Source: Candidatus Marinacidobacterales bacterium (GTDB lineage: Bacteria > Acidobacteriota > Vicinamibacteria > Marinacidobacterales > SMYC01). From it: DNA of 64,000 nucleotides. Below the pieces are notes generated by a model. It ran no database searches. It saw nothing but the letters and a program-made list of their open reading frames with translations, and was not told the origin of the DNA. Location: positions 4,576,001 to 4,640,000 of the forward strand of contig OZ250169.1 in NCBI GenBank assembly GCA_965237955.1, written 5' to 3'. Made by a program: the position numbers and the translations under genes. Position 1 is the stretch's first letter; every line of letters begins with the position of its first letter. Below, piece by piece: positions 30,633-40,495 of the stretch.

Positions 30633-31826
30633 TTAGAGAGTCTTCACCAAAACGAACTTCTGGAGGCGCCGTTGCATGTGCACCTCACCGGTGTAGATGT
30701 TGCCCCGGGAGTCCACTGCCATCTTGTGCAGCCAATGGAATTCACCGGCGCCGCGGCCGCGGCGGCCGAAGGAATCGAGAATCTCCATGTCGTCTCGTCG
30801 CAGGATCCAGACCCGCTGGTTGGTTCCATCGGCGACATAGAGAAAGGTCTGCTCCTCATCCGGTGAAAGCTCAATATCCCACACCGTTCCGCTCCGGGTC
30901 TCCTTAGCGATGAACACTTCTTTCACGAAGGTGCCGTCTTTTCGGAAGATCTGAATACGGTTGTTCCCGCGATCCGCTATGTATACGAGCCCGTCTTTCG
31001 AGATTCGAATCCCGTGCACACTCTCGCCGAACTGCTGCGACACCGGAGCGTCCGGATCGTAGCGTTCTTGCGGGGCATCGTCCGGCACGTTTCCGTAGGC
31101 TCCCCAGTGCCGCTTGTATTCCCCCGTATCCGCATCGAACACGATCACGCGCTTGTTCAGGTAGCCGTCGGTAACGTAGACTTCGTTCGTCTCGGGGTCG
31201 ACTTCGATGTCGGCGGGGTGTCCCAGAAACTTCGTATTGTTGCTTCCGCGGGTCTTGCCAGCCTCTCCGATCTGGAGGAGGAACGTGCCATCACTGCTGA
31301 ACTTCAGCACCATGTGGTCTCGGCACCGTGGGTTGGCCTCCCCGTGCACGCGGTGGTCAAGTAAGGTCTCTGGGTCGCCGATGCCTTCTCCGCCCAGCCA
31401 GACGTTGTCGTTATGGTCGACGAACATTCCGTGCTCGGTGCCGGGCCAATCGTAGCCGGGCTCCGGACCACCCCATGAGTCCAGGAGATTGCCTTCCGCA
31501 TCGAACACCAGGACCGGTGGAGCCGGCTTGCAACACATCGATAGGGGCGGATCTTGCGCCAAGCCCAGCTCGCCCGGAGTCAGGCTCCCCGGACGCTGAA
31601 GGACCAAGATACGATCCTCCGAGTCGACCGCCATCCCGGCAATCCGTCCAATGAGCCAGTCGCTGGGGAGCGGCTTCGGCCAGAAGGGATCGACTCTGAA
31701 CTGCGGTGTGCTCGTCCCCTCATCACCGGCAGCCGGCGCCTCCTCCATCGCCGCCTGTCCACATCCCATGGCCGCTATGCATAGGACAGTTGCTGCGGCT
31801 CGATAAAGAACTAGCGCGAATTTCAT
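30633..31826 (-). CDS. NHL-repeat beta-propeller lipoprotein (peptidyl-hydroxyglycine lyase-like)
   Basis: AMGC lipobox, VDPFWPKPLP, YVTDGYLNKRV, YIADRGNNRIQ. Confidence 0.8.
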   Translation of the reverse strand: MKFALVLYRAAATVLCIAAMGCGQAAMEEAPAAGDEGTSTPQFRVDPFWPKPLPSDWLIGRIAGMAVDSEDRILVLQRPGSLTPGELGLAQDPPLSMCCKPAPPVLVFDAEGNLLDSWGGPEPGYDWPGTEHGMFVDHNDNVWLGGEGIGDPETLLDHRVHGEANPRCRDHMVLKFSSDGTFLLQIGEAGKTRGSNNTKFLGHPADIEVDPETNEVYVTDGYLNKRVIVFDADTGEYKRHWGAYGNVPDDAPQERYDPDAPVSQQFGESVHGIRISKDGLVYIADRGNNRIQIFRKDGTFVKEVFIAKETRSGTVWDIELSPDEEQTFLYVADGTNQRVWILRRDDMEILDSFGRRGRGAGEFHWLHKMAVDSRGNIYTGEVHMQRRLQKFVLVKTL

Positions 31827-32115
31827 GATTACCTCTTGATGACCGATCGGCCGTTCATATCGGTCGACCCCATGGCCCGGCGGATGGTGTGGGTGAGATG
31901 AAGACTTTAGGCAAGGGCCTCTCACGCCGATTCGGCGGTTGTCTATCTGCCCCAGTCGGTCGATGCGATCCGATTCGCAGTCGTATCGTAAATCGTACTC
32001 TACCACAATGGGTTTTTTGGAAGGAACGGCCATGTTCAGAGAGCTTATCTTGGAAGTTAGACCCTTGTGTATATCGAGAAGCCCGTCCCGCAGGGTGCAG
32101 TCCCTATGAAACAAC

Positions 32116-33114
32116 TCAACGAAATCGGGGAATGATTTTGTCGCCATACTCCGCGACGATGCGCTCCTCCTCGGTGTTCATGAGGTAGATGGTGAATTGA
32201 GTGACCCCTGCCTCCTCGAGTGCCTTTAGTTTTTCCACGTGCTGCTCGGGCTCACCGAGGATGCCGAAGCTCTCCACGACATCGTCGGTTACGAAATCCA
32301 GATGCTCGGCGTCCTTTTTGCCGTGCTGCCGATAGTCGTATCCCTTACGCCGATCGATGTAGCCGGTGAGACTCTGAGGCACGAGCTCCGAGTCCCTTCC
32401 GTACTTGTCGACGATGTCGGCGACGTGGTTTCCAACCATGGCGGGAAACCACCGGGTCTGCTCGAGGCAAGCTTCCATGGGATCGATCCAGGCCGGTGCC
32501 GCCGCCATGACGTTGTACCCGGACATATCCCGTCCGGCCGCCTCTCCCGCTTGGACGGCCTGCTCGGTGAACCATCGGCACAGTCCAGGATCGCCGATTT
32601 GCAGTACTAGCCCGTCGCCGAGCTCACCCGCGGCGGCTAGCGCCTTAGGCCCGTACGCCGCGATCCAGATTGGCAGCTCGAACTGGCTCCAGGTGAACTG
32701 CACCTCGGCCGGACAGTCTCCGTAGCGGACCGATTCACCTCGACAGAGCGCCTTGACGGTCGTGATGAAATCGCTCATGCGGGCAATGCTGGCAGGCTTG
32801 AAGCCCATCATGCGGCGCGAGCTGTCACCCCGTCCCACGCAAATCTTGAACCGGCCCTCGCTCTGCTCGGCGAGACTCGCGAAGAGGCTCGCGGCAGCCG
32901 ACCAGTCACGCACGTCGGGATTGGTCACCAAGGGACCGAAGCGAATGGATTCCGTTGGCTCCATGCACATCGCTATGGTCGGATAGGGGTCGCGCCAAAG
33001 AATGTGGGAATCGTAGAACCAGCAATGGCTGAAACCGGCGAGCTCAGCCTGGTGGCAGATTGCCTTCGTTCGCTTCGTGCCCATGTCCCCCTTCAAACAA
33101 ATCGCGAAATCCAT
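32116..33114 (-). CDS. LLM-class, probably F420-dependent oxidoreductase (TIGR03842-like)
   Basis: WFYDSHILWRDPY, GPLVTNP, GRGDS, WFPAMVGNHVAD, GYDYRQHG. Confidence 0.8.
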   Translation of the reverse strand: MDFAICLKGDMGTKRTKAICHQAELAGFSHCWFYDSHILWRDPYPTIAMCMEPTESIRFGPLVTNPDVRDWSAAASLFASLAEQSEGRFKICVGRGDSSRRMMGFKPASIARMSDFITTVKALCRGESVRYGDCPAEVQFTWSQFELPIWIAAYGPKALAAAGELGDGLVLQIGDPGLCRWFTEQAVQAGEAAGRDMSGYNVMAAAPAWIDPMEACLEQTRWFPAMVGNHVADIVDKYGRDSELVPQSLTGYIDRRKGYDYRQHGKKDAEHLDFVTDDVVESFGILGEPEQHVEKLKALEEAGVTQFTIYLMNTEEERIVAEYGDKIIPRFR

Positions 33115-33192
33115 GGTCGTCCCTCCTTCCTCGCTCGTCCTTGCCGGCCCCCCCTATACAGTCCCGTATTAATGAGTGCCGCCGCATAAGAC

Positions 33193-33689
33193 AAGAACTA
33201 ACGCAAAGACGCAAAGGCGCAACGTCGCAAAGCTCGTCGCGAGAAGTTGCTCAACGAACTTCATAGACCATTCACCACACGATGGATACCGTCTTTGACA
33301 AGCCGTCTTCCGAAGTTGATGACCAATCCGAGTTTCAGATCCAGTAGGCGCAAGTACGTTAACTCTGGGCCTCGAAAACAGGATTGTCCTCCCTGGCCGC
33401 TTTGCACTCAATGATGACGAGGCCTTCTATAAGCAGGTCGACACGCAGTTCAGCCGCCAGGCGCTTGCCTTTGTAGATGAGCGGTACCACCTTCTGTCGC
33501 TCAACGCCTAGCCCTCGCTGCTCCAGTTCGTAGACGAGCGCTTCTTCGTAAATGCTCTCGAGTAAGCCAGGCCCGCCCAAGGTTCGGTGTACCTCAATGG
33601 CTGCGTTTACGATAATGCCACTCAGCTCGTTCTCGGTCGCATCTCGTCCCTTTGCGCCTCCGCGCCTCCGCGCCTTTGCGTTCGTTCTT
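33193..33689 (-). mobile_element. Candidate GxxExxY mini-element bounded by 40-bp imperfect inverted repeats
   Basis: 33193-33232 vs reverse complement of 33650-33689 match at 32/40; both are built from 8-nt CGCAAAGG-like units. Confidence 0.55.
33261..33642 (-). pseudogene. GxxExxY protein (PD-(D/E)XK nuclease, PDDEXK_3), two frameshifts
   Basis: TENELSGIIVNAAIEVHRTLGGPGLLESIYEEAL...RVDLLIEGLVIIECKA...LTYLRLLDLKLGLVINFG; shifts near 33638 and 33363. Confidence 0.88.
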
Positions 33690-33697
33690 AAAATACG

Positions 33698-35137
33698 TCA
33701 CCTTAATCGCGGATTGAAGTACTTAGCATCCAGATAAAGATGTCCAAATTCCTTCGCCCCGGAGGACGACCCGGCGAAAATACGAGGCTCACGGCTCGTC
33801 TCCCTCCCGTACTGCTGGGCAATCGTTCGGACGGATGCCTCTGCATCTCTATGAGCGAGAATCGCGACCGTGCCACCACTGCCCCCACCCGTTATCTTGG
33901 CTCCGAAAATCCCCTGGGTTGGTCCGGCGGCCCGCGACAGCTCGACCAACCGGTCCGTCCCTTCTGAGCCCAAGCCACAAGCCGAATAACTCGCGTGGGA
34001 CTGATACATCAACTCACCGAGCAGAGGCGCATGTGCCAAGGCATCACCCGAAAGCAAGTGGGCAAAGGTTCGGAGACGGAAGTGCTCGTAGACGGGATGG
34101 GTGGTAGCTTGGCGAACGGGGTAAGTTGCCTCGGGGTCGACCTGGGTCACCGCATCTTCCGTATCACCATATCGCTCGATGAACCGAGCCCCCACCATGG
34201 CCTCCGGCAAATGATGCAAGTACTTTTGCCCGAGCTCGGATGGGGTCAGGTTCGCGAGGTAACCTCCCCAGTCCGTACCCGCCATCTCTTTCAAGATCCG
34301 ATAGCCCATGAACGCCCCCACACGCACGGACCCGTAGTCGGCGCCGGAAACAGCGTGATAGATTCCGGAGTCGATACCCCAAAATGCCAGCTCTTCGGGA
34401 ACGGCCACCGTTCCCTGCACCTCTGCCGGTTGGCACAACAGAGCCAGCAATCGGTTCGCTTCACCGTAGACGGAGCTCATCTGGTCCATGATGCCGCAAG
34501 GCGCGCCCACAACAAGGTTCTCCACCTTCTGGCACAATAGGGCCACCTCGCGTTCCTCGAGCCCGAGGTCAAAGGAGGCATCGATAGCCATCATCGCTGC
34601 CACTTCCAGTGCCGCCGATGAAGCCACACCCTTGCCTTCGGGCAAGCTCGAATGGATGAAGAGCCGGGCCCCCTCCGGGAAAGCCACCGCCTTCTCCCGC
34701 ATGAGGACGAGAAGAGCTCCCGCCACATAGGCTGCCCAGGACGTGTCCGGATCGCGCCGGAAGTAGTTTCTCGCTTCTTCGTAGGTGATCGGGTTTCCGT
34801 CGGCCTCGAAGTCATCGAAAGGCATGGTGAAAACCGATGCGGCGTCGTCTCGTTCCTCACTCGAGGTGACGATGGTCAGCACCCGGGCGGTGTCCCGTTG
34901 CAAAGCAGCCAACGTCGCTTCGCGAGTGGTTAGTTGCAGGACGAGTGAGCCGGAATAGTCCGCGATCCCACCCATGACATCCAGCCGACCGGGGGCTCGC
35001 GTCAGGACCATCGACGCCTTGGGGTTCCAATGCTGGCGCAGCCTCGAACCGTCCACTCCGCTCGGCGCATGGAGGGCTCGGACGAAACGGTCTACATCGG
35101 GCCAATCGCCAACCTTTTCGCTCATCATCTCGGACAT
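33698..35137 (-). CDS. GHMP sugar kinase, L-arabinokinase/galactokinase-like
   Basis: RAPGRLDVMGGIADYSGSLVLQ, PEGKGVASSAALEVA, CQKVENLVVGAPCGIMDQM, GAKITGGGSGG. Confidence 0.88.
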   Translation of the reverse strand: MSEMMSEKVGDWPDVDRFVRALHAPSGVDGSRLRQHWNPKASMVLTRAPGRLDVMGGIADYSGSLVLQLTTREATLAALQRDTARVLTIVTSSEERDDAASVFTMPFDDFEADGNPITYEEARNYFRRDPDTSWAAYVAGALLVLMREKAVAFPEGARLFIHSSLPEGKGVASSAALEVAAMMAIDASFDLGLEEREVALLCQKVENLVVGAPCGIMDQMSSVYGEANRLLALLCQPAEVQGTVAVPEELAFWGIDSGIYHAVSGADYGSVRVGAFMGYRILKEMAGTDWGGYLANLTPSELGQKYLHHLPEAMVGARFIERYGDTEDAVTQVDPEATYPVRQATTHPVYEHFRLRTFAHLLSGDALAHAPLLGELMYQSHASYSACGLGSEGTDRLVELSRAAGPTQGIFGAKITGGGSGGTVAILAHRDAEASVRTIAQQYGRETSREPRIFAGSSSGAKEFGHLYLDAKYFNPRLR

Positions 35138-35153
35138 GCGACGAGTTGTCGTC

Positions 35154-36179
35154 TCAATCCTGCCACAACCCTCGCTTGCGCAGTGCCTTCTGGAACAGAG
35201 GCTCGATTTGCGCCTGGATGTCAACATTGGCATATCCGACCCAGCTCACGTCTGCGGTTACGTTCAAAGGGGCCGACAAGGGGCCGCCGTCGACGTCGGT
35301 CACGACGACTCCAAGCTCCCGCGCGATGAGCTCGGTGCACAAGTCATAGGGATGACAACAGAGGCCCAGGGAAAGGCCTTGCTTGGCGAGAAGCGGTTCC
35401 ACGAGAGGCCGTATATCAGCGGTGAATCGATCGTGCCCGGACATCAACTCGTAAAGTTGTCCACCGCTGCAGATGTATTGATCCTCGAAACAGTGGGCCT
35501 TCCCTCGTTGCACCGGCCCGAGCGCTCCCAGAACGATTTCCTCGTCGATGGCTGCCAGCTCTTGCCGCATGCCGGGGAAGAATCGGGAGACCATGGCAAA
35601 TCCGTGAGCGATGGTCGGGGCACGGGATGGTCTCAGGTCGAGAGCGCTTCTTTCTCCGGTCAAACGGTCATATCGCTCCGCACCGGCCCCTTTCCCCTCG
35701 ATGGTCCAGACCACGTCCGACAAATGCTGCTTGAGGAGTGGGATCTCCGTTTGCACCGCCAGCGCGATATCACCGAGATTCGTGCTCCCGCCTCGATTGG
35801 GGGCCACCCCGGTCAGAACCCAGGAGCTTCGTTTTTGATACATGGTCCCTCGAGTGCCGTCGATCGGGTCGATGATAATGCGCCAAACCGCCTCGTCCTC
35901 GGGTACACCATCAGGTAAGACCATCTGGCCGCCGCGCCCCAACCCCTCGCCGACGAGCACGATGGGGATCTTGGAGGCGATGACCTCGTTGAAATACTCG
36001 ACCAGCGTTGCCTCGCTCACACGGTCGATAGCATAGATCGTATCCCCTTCCCCTTCCCCGTCCTCGGAGATGGCAGCCAACTCGTCGAGGCTGGCCTGCT
36101 CGCAGGCCGCGACGACCTCGCCGCGGATCATCTCGTGCAATCGCCGAATGGCATCGAGCAGTTCGGTAACGTCCCTCAT
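35154..36179 (-). CDS. Inositol monophosphatase/FBPase-superfamily phosphatase
   Basis: [15 protein letters not shown]. Confidence 0.85.
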   Translation of the reverse strand: MRDVTELLDAIRRLHEMIRGEVVAACEQASLDELAAISEDGEGEGDTIYAIDRVSEATLVEYFNEVIASKIPIVLVGEGLGRGGQMVLPDGVPEDEAVWRIIIDPIDGTRGTMYQKRSSWVLTGVAPNRGGSTNLGDIALAVQTEIPLLKQHLSDVVWTIEGKGAGAERYDRLTGERSALDLRPSRAPTIAHGFAMVSRFFPGMRQELAAIDEEIVLGALGPVQRGKAHCFEDQYICSGGQLYELMSGHDRFTADIRPLVEPLLAKQGLSLGLCCHPYDLCTELIARELGVVVTDVDGGPLSAPLNVTADVSWVGYANVDIQAQIEPLFQKALRKRGLWQD

Positions 36180-37228
36180 CTCGATTGATGTCGGTAGTGC
36201 AGGTCCGGCGAAGCCCTCAACTCGGCTGCCTTTTCTTCGGGAATGGTGTCACTCAGGAAATTTCCGCCGCCGATTTCCGGTCCCGCGAGGTACTTCAGCA
36301 ACTTGGATTTTCTCAGCGGAGGATGAAACTCGACGTGAAAATGAAAACCACGGTAATCCCCGCCGTCCGTGGGGGCTTGATGGAGCGGCATGACGTAGGG
36401 GAAACGCATCTGCCATAAGTTGTCGAACTTGATGAGGATGCGTCGTAGGGCATCGGCAAAATCGCAGACCTCGGCATCGGTCAGCGAAGCGACGCTGGGA
36501 CGGGTGGCTCGCGGGGCCACGAAGACCTCGTAGGCGTATCGACCGAAGAATGGGATGAAGGCGACGGCCTCGTTGTTCTCGTGCACGATCCGCCGCCCAT
36601 CGGCCAACTCCTTGGCTAAGATGTCTTGAAACAAAACGCGCCCCGTTTCCAGTAAGTGCCGCTCGCTGGCCCTTGCTTCTGTCTCGATAGTCTTGAATAC
36701 GAAATTGGTCGCATAGATCTGGCCGTGTGGATGGGGATTGGAGACTCCAACCACCTCCCCTTTGTTCTCGAACATCAATGCGTGGTGGATCTCCGGCCGG
36801 CTACCTAGATCGACGTATTCCTTTTGCCACGTGCCGATCAAGGCCTCCACTTCTTCTTGTTCCATCTCAGCCAGTGTCAGATCGTGCCGGGGGCTGTAGC
36901 AAACGATGCGGGCAATTCCGGTGGCGGGTCGTCGTCGGTAGATTCCCAAGGATTCCGATTCGGGAAAATCGGTAGGAGCATCGACAGCCACACAGGGATG
37001 ATCATTATCGAATACGAACGTCTGCTCGTACCGGGGGTTGCGCTTACCACTGACGCGCCGGTTACCCGGACAGAAGTAACAATCGGGAGCATATGATGGA
37101 AGAGGAGTTTCTTCGCCCGACACGGTCTCGCCAATCCATGGTCTATCTTGCCGGTGTGCCGCCACGATGACCCACTCTTCACGAAGGGGGTGCCATCTTT
37201 GCTCCCATCTTCCCTCTCTCACGCTCAT
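36176..37228 (-). CDS. galT: Galactose-1-phosphate uridylyltransferase
   Basis: [32 protein letters not shown] (HPH), LAGPE. Confidence 0.92.
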   Translation of the reverse strand: MSVREGRWEQRWHPLREEWVIVAAHRQDRPWIGETVSGEETPLPSYAPDCYFCPGNRRVSGKRNPRYEQTFVFDNDHPCVAVDAPTDFPESESLGIYRRRPATGIARIVCYSPRHDLTLAEMEQEEVEALIGTWQKEYVDLGSRPEIHHALMFENKGEVVGVSNPHPHGQIYATNFVFKTIETEARASERHLLETGRVLFQDILAKELADGRRIVHENNEAVAFIPFFGRYAYEVFVAPRATRPSVASLTDAEVCDFADALRRILIKFDNLWQMRFPYVMPLHQAPTDGGDYRGFHFHVEFHPPLRKSKLLKYLAGPEIGGGNFLSDTIPEEKAAELRASPDLHYRHQSR

Positions 37229-37265
37229 CGATTTCAACTTATAGATGGTCGTCTGCCCGCTGGCA

Positions 37266-38891
37266 TTAAAAAAATGTCCTCAACGGAGAGAAGTACACCA
37301 AAACCATAACAACCACCGCCAGCACGATCAAAGAGAGGGCGACGTCGATCCAATTCCAGGTCGCACGCGATTTTGCTCTGTCTGCTGAGACGGTCGTGGC
37401 ATAGGTGAGACCGCGAATACTCTCCGCGGGCGGGGGCGGGGTAACCATGCTGACAACGATCATCAAGAAAACGCAGAAGAGAAACAAGAAAATCGCGAAA
37501 TGGAGGAAATTGATATCAGCAAACGTATACAGCCAGCCACTCAGTGCTTCCTTGTTGAGCTCAGCGATCAGTCGTCCCATACCAAGCAGGAAACCGCCCA
37601 CGAGCGCGGCGAGAGCGGCGGCGGCATTGATGCGCTTCGAGAACAACCCGAGAAAGAAGACCGCCGCTATGGGTGGCGCCACGTAGGCCTGGACGCTCTG
37701 AAGGTAGTGATAGAGCTCGCCGGAGAGGGTTCTGAGTAGAGGAATCCAAGCGATTCCGGTGACGACCAAGACGCTCGTTGCTACCCTACCGACATGAACG
37801 AGCGTCTTTTCCGAGGCGTCCGGCCGGAGCTTCTTGTAGATATCCATGGTGAACAACGTGGAGGAGGAATTGAAAACCGCGGCCAGCGAGCTCATGAGCG
37901 CCGCCAAGAGTCCGCCTGCCACCAGACCCCTTAGACCCGCCGGCAACAGTGTGGCCACCATGGCGGGAAAGGCCTGATCGGCTTCGGCCAACTCGAGCTG
38001 GCCGCTCTGGGCGAGGGCATAGGCGATGACGCCGGGGATTAGAAAGATGAAAAAGGGAGTGAGCTTCAAGTAGGCGGCAAAAATCGTGCCGCGCCGAGCT
38101 TCTAATTCGTTCTTCGCGGCCAGCACCCGCTGCACGATGTATTGATCGGTGCACCAATACCAGAGTCCGACAATGGGCGGAGCAAAGACCATGCCGGTCC
38201 AAGGGAAATCCGGGTGATCGGCGGGCAGAAACATGTTGAAATGGTCGGGACCGGCGAGGGCGATGAGCCGGTCAACCCCTCCCAGCTTGATCAAACCGGC
38301 AAGGGTGACCGTGACGGAACCGGCGAGGAGGACGATCGCTTGAAGGGCTTCGGTATAGAGCACCGCACGCAGTCCGCCGAGGACCGTATACACGCCCGTC
38401 AAGAGCACGATGAAGAGCGCGCCGGTCCAGAAGTCGATACCCATGAGGACTTGAAAGACGACGGCACCAGCGTAGATCGTGACGGAGATCTTCGTAAGGA
38501 CATAGGCGATGAGTGTCGTGACGGAAAGCAGCCAACGTGCCGCAGGGCTGTACCGCTTCTCCAGGAACTCCGGCATGGTAAACACCCGGCTCCGCATATA
38601 GAAAGGCACAAACACCCAGCCGAGCATGAGAACGAGCCACGAGTGAAGCTCGTAGTGACCCATCACCACGCCCGATTTGGCTCCGGTTCCGGCGAGTCCG
38701 ACGATGTGCTCCGAGCCGATGTTCGACGCGAAGATGGAAGCTCCAATCACGAACCAGCCCACGTGACGTCCGGCCAAGAAGTACTCCGTGGAAGACTCCG
38801 TCTTTTTCCGGACGACCCACCAGGCAATGCCCATGAGTATGAGAAAGTAGATTCCGACGACGACCCAATCGAGACCATTAAATGTCGACAT
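37266..38891 (-). CDS. Sodium:solute symporter (SGLT-like sugar transporter)
   Basis: [44 protein letters not shown]. Confidence 0.92.
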   Translation of the reverse strand: MSTFNGLDWVVVGIYFLILMGIAWWVVRKKTESSTEYFLAGRHVGWFVIGASIFASNIGSEHIVGLAGTGAKSGVVMGHYELHSWLVLMLGWVFVPFYMRSRVFTMPEFLEKRYSPAARWLLSVTTLIAYVLTKISVTIYAGAVVFQVLMGIDFWTGALFIVLLTGVYTVLGGLRAVLYTEALQAIVLLAGSVTVTLAGLIKLGGVDRLIALAGPDHFNMFLPADHPDFPWTGMVFAPPIVGLWYWCTDQYIVQRVLAAKNELEARRGTIFAAYLKLTPFFIFLIPGVIAYALAQSGQLELAEADQAFPAMVATLLPAGLRGLVAGGLLAALMSSLAAVFNSSSTLFTMDIYKKLRPDASEKTLVHVGRVATSVLVVTGIAWIPLLRTLSGELYHYLQSVQAYVAPPIAAVFFLGLFSKRINAAAALAALVGGFLLGMGRLIAELNKEALSGWLYTFADINFLHFAIFLFLFCVFLMIVVSMVTPPPPAESIRGLTYATTVSADRAKSRATWNWIDVALSLIVLAVVVMVLVYFSPLRTFF

Positions 38892-39177
38892 TACGTAATC
38901 TCATCTGCTCTGTAATCGCGCGCGAGTTCAACCGATCTAAAAAACGGGGAGCTCCGGTTTGGATGGAGCTCCAGACACCGCTGCCGGAATTGTACCGCCG
39001 AAGTCGGTCGATTTCACAACCGAACGGATTTAGAATGTCTTGTCAGTAGTCGGCGGGTGCATGGTCTGAGTTGGACGATTCGTTTCGCTTGTGAACGGAG
39101 ATGATGGAGTAAAATGAGTGATTCCAAAGCAATCGTTCTAGCGGTGATCACCCTATGTCTTGGACCGAGTTGCAAGT

Positions 39178-40317
39178 ATGGGTAAACAAGAACAACCCAG
39201 CCTGCAGGGCAAGCAAGGATCGCGAATTACGAAAGAGGCCTTCGGAACCATGCCGGATGGGACCTCCGTCGATCTCTACACTTTGAACAACGCCAACGGT
39301 TTCGAAGCCAAGATCACCAACTATGGCGGAATTGTGGTGTCACTCAACGTTCCGGATCGACAGGGGAAGGTGTCGGATGTGGTGTTGGGATTCGACACCT
39401 TCGAATCCTATCGCGGAAGCCATCCCTATTTCGGTGCGCTCATCGGGCGATACGGCAATCGGATCGGTAAGGCAAAGCTCGTCCTCGACGGTGTCGAGTA
39501 CACGTTGGCCGCGAACAACGGCGAGAACCATCTCCACGGAGGTCTCCGCGGCTACGACAAGGTCGTTTGGAAGGCCGAGGTAGTCGAGGACGATGACGAT
39601 CCGTCGCTCAGACTCGAGTATCTGAGCAAGGATATGGAAGAGGGATATCCGGGTAACCTTTCCGTCGAAGTCGAGTACAGATTGACCGATGACAATGGGC
39701 TCCGAATCGACTACCGGGCCACGACGGACAAGAAGACGGTCGTCAATTTGACCCATCACTCCTATTTTAATCTCAAGGATGCCGGTGCGAGCGACATTCT
39801 TGGACACGAAATGATGATCGACGCGGATCGATTCACGCCGGTCGCTGAGGGGCTGATTCCAAGTGGCGAGGTGAGAAGCGTGGGGGGCACTCCGTTGGAC
39901 TTTCGGCAGCCGGTGGCCATCGGAGCCCGTATCGACCAAAACGACCCGCAATTGAAATTCGGAGGTGGCTACGATCACAACTGGGTGCTGAAGGGCCAGG
40001 ACGGTTCTTTGGCGCTGGCCGCTCGTGTCTACGAGCCTACGACCGGGCGGGTCATGGAGGTGTACACCACCGAGCCGGGTCTCCAGTTCTACTCCGGAAA
40101 TTTCCTCGACGGAAGCCAAGTCGGGAAAGGCGGTCTACGCTACGAGCATCGTTCCGGATTTTGTCTGGAAACGCAGCATTTTCCCGACTCTCCCAATAAG
40201 CCCGATTCCCCATCGACGGTCTTGGAGCCGGGAAGGGTGTACACACACACGACTATTTACAAATTCTCGGCCAGCAATGGGGGAGCCTCTTCCGGGAGCG
40301 GGCAGGGGAACGACTGA
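39178..40317 (+). CDS. galM: Aldose 1-epimerase (mutarotase)
   Basis: GRYGNRI, NHLHGG, GYPGNL, NLTHHSYFNL, YDHNW, CLETQHFPDSPN. A probable signal peptide starts out of frame at 39114. Confidence 0.93.
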   Translation: MGKQEQPSLQGKQGSRITKEAFGTMPDGTSVDLYTLNNANGFEAKITNYGGIVVSLNVPDRQGKVSDVVLGFDTFESYRGSHPYFGALIGRYGNRIGKAKLVLDGVEYTLAANNGENHLHGGLRGYDKVVWKAEVVEDDDDPSLRLEYLSKDMEEGYPGNLSVEVEYRLTDDNGLRIDYRATTDKKTVVNLTHHSYFNLKDAGASDILGHEMMIDADRFTPVAEGLIPSGEVRSVGGTPLDFRQPVAIGARIDQNDPQLKFGGGYDHNWVLKGQDGSLALAARVYEPTTGRVMEVYTTEPGLQFYSGNFLDGSQVGKGGLRYEHRSGFCLETQHFPDSPNKPDSPSTVLEPGRVYTHTTIYKFSASNGGASSGSGQGND

Positions 40318-40495
40318 GGCAGACGGGAACGAAGATTACAACCCACCACGACGTCTCCCCGCCATCGACTACGGCTCGCCTCTCGAATCGAAAACAGGTA
40401 TTATCGCGTCGCCTAGAACCGACTGTTCAACCCGTCCCCGGGAACGGGACACTTCAGAAGAAGCCTGGTTAACTAGGGCTGAAAAGGGGTATCGA

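Noticed and set aside
40025-40495. Long N-terminal extensions in the ORF track (also 31827-32147, 49026-49427, 17651-17815)
   Set aside because: They overlap neighbouring genes or intergenic DNA; signal peptides or RBSs mark downstream starts.
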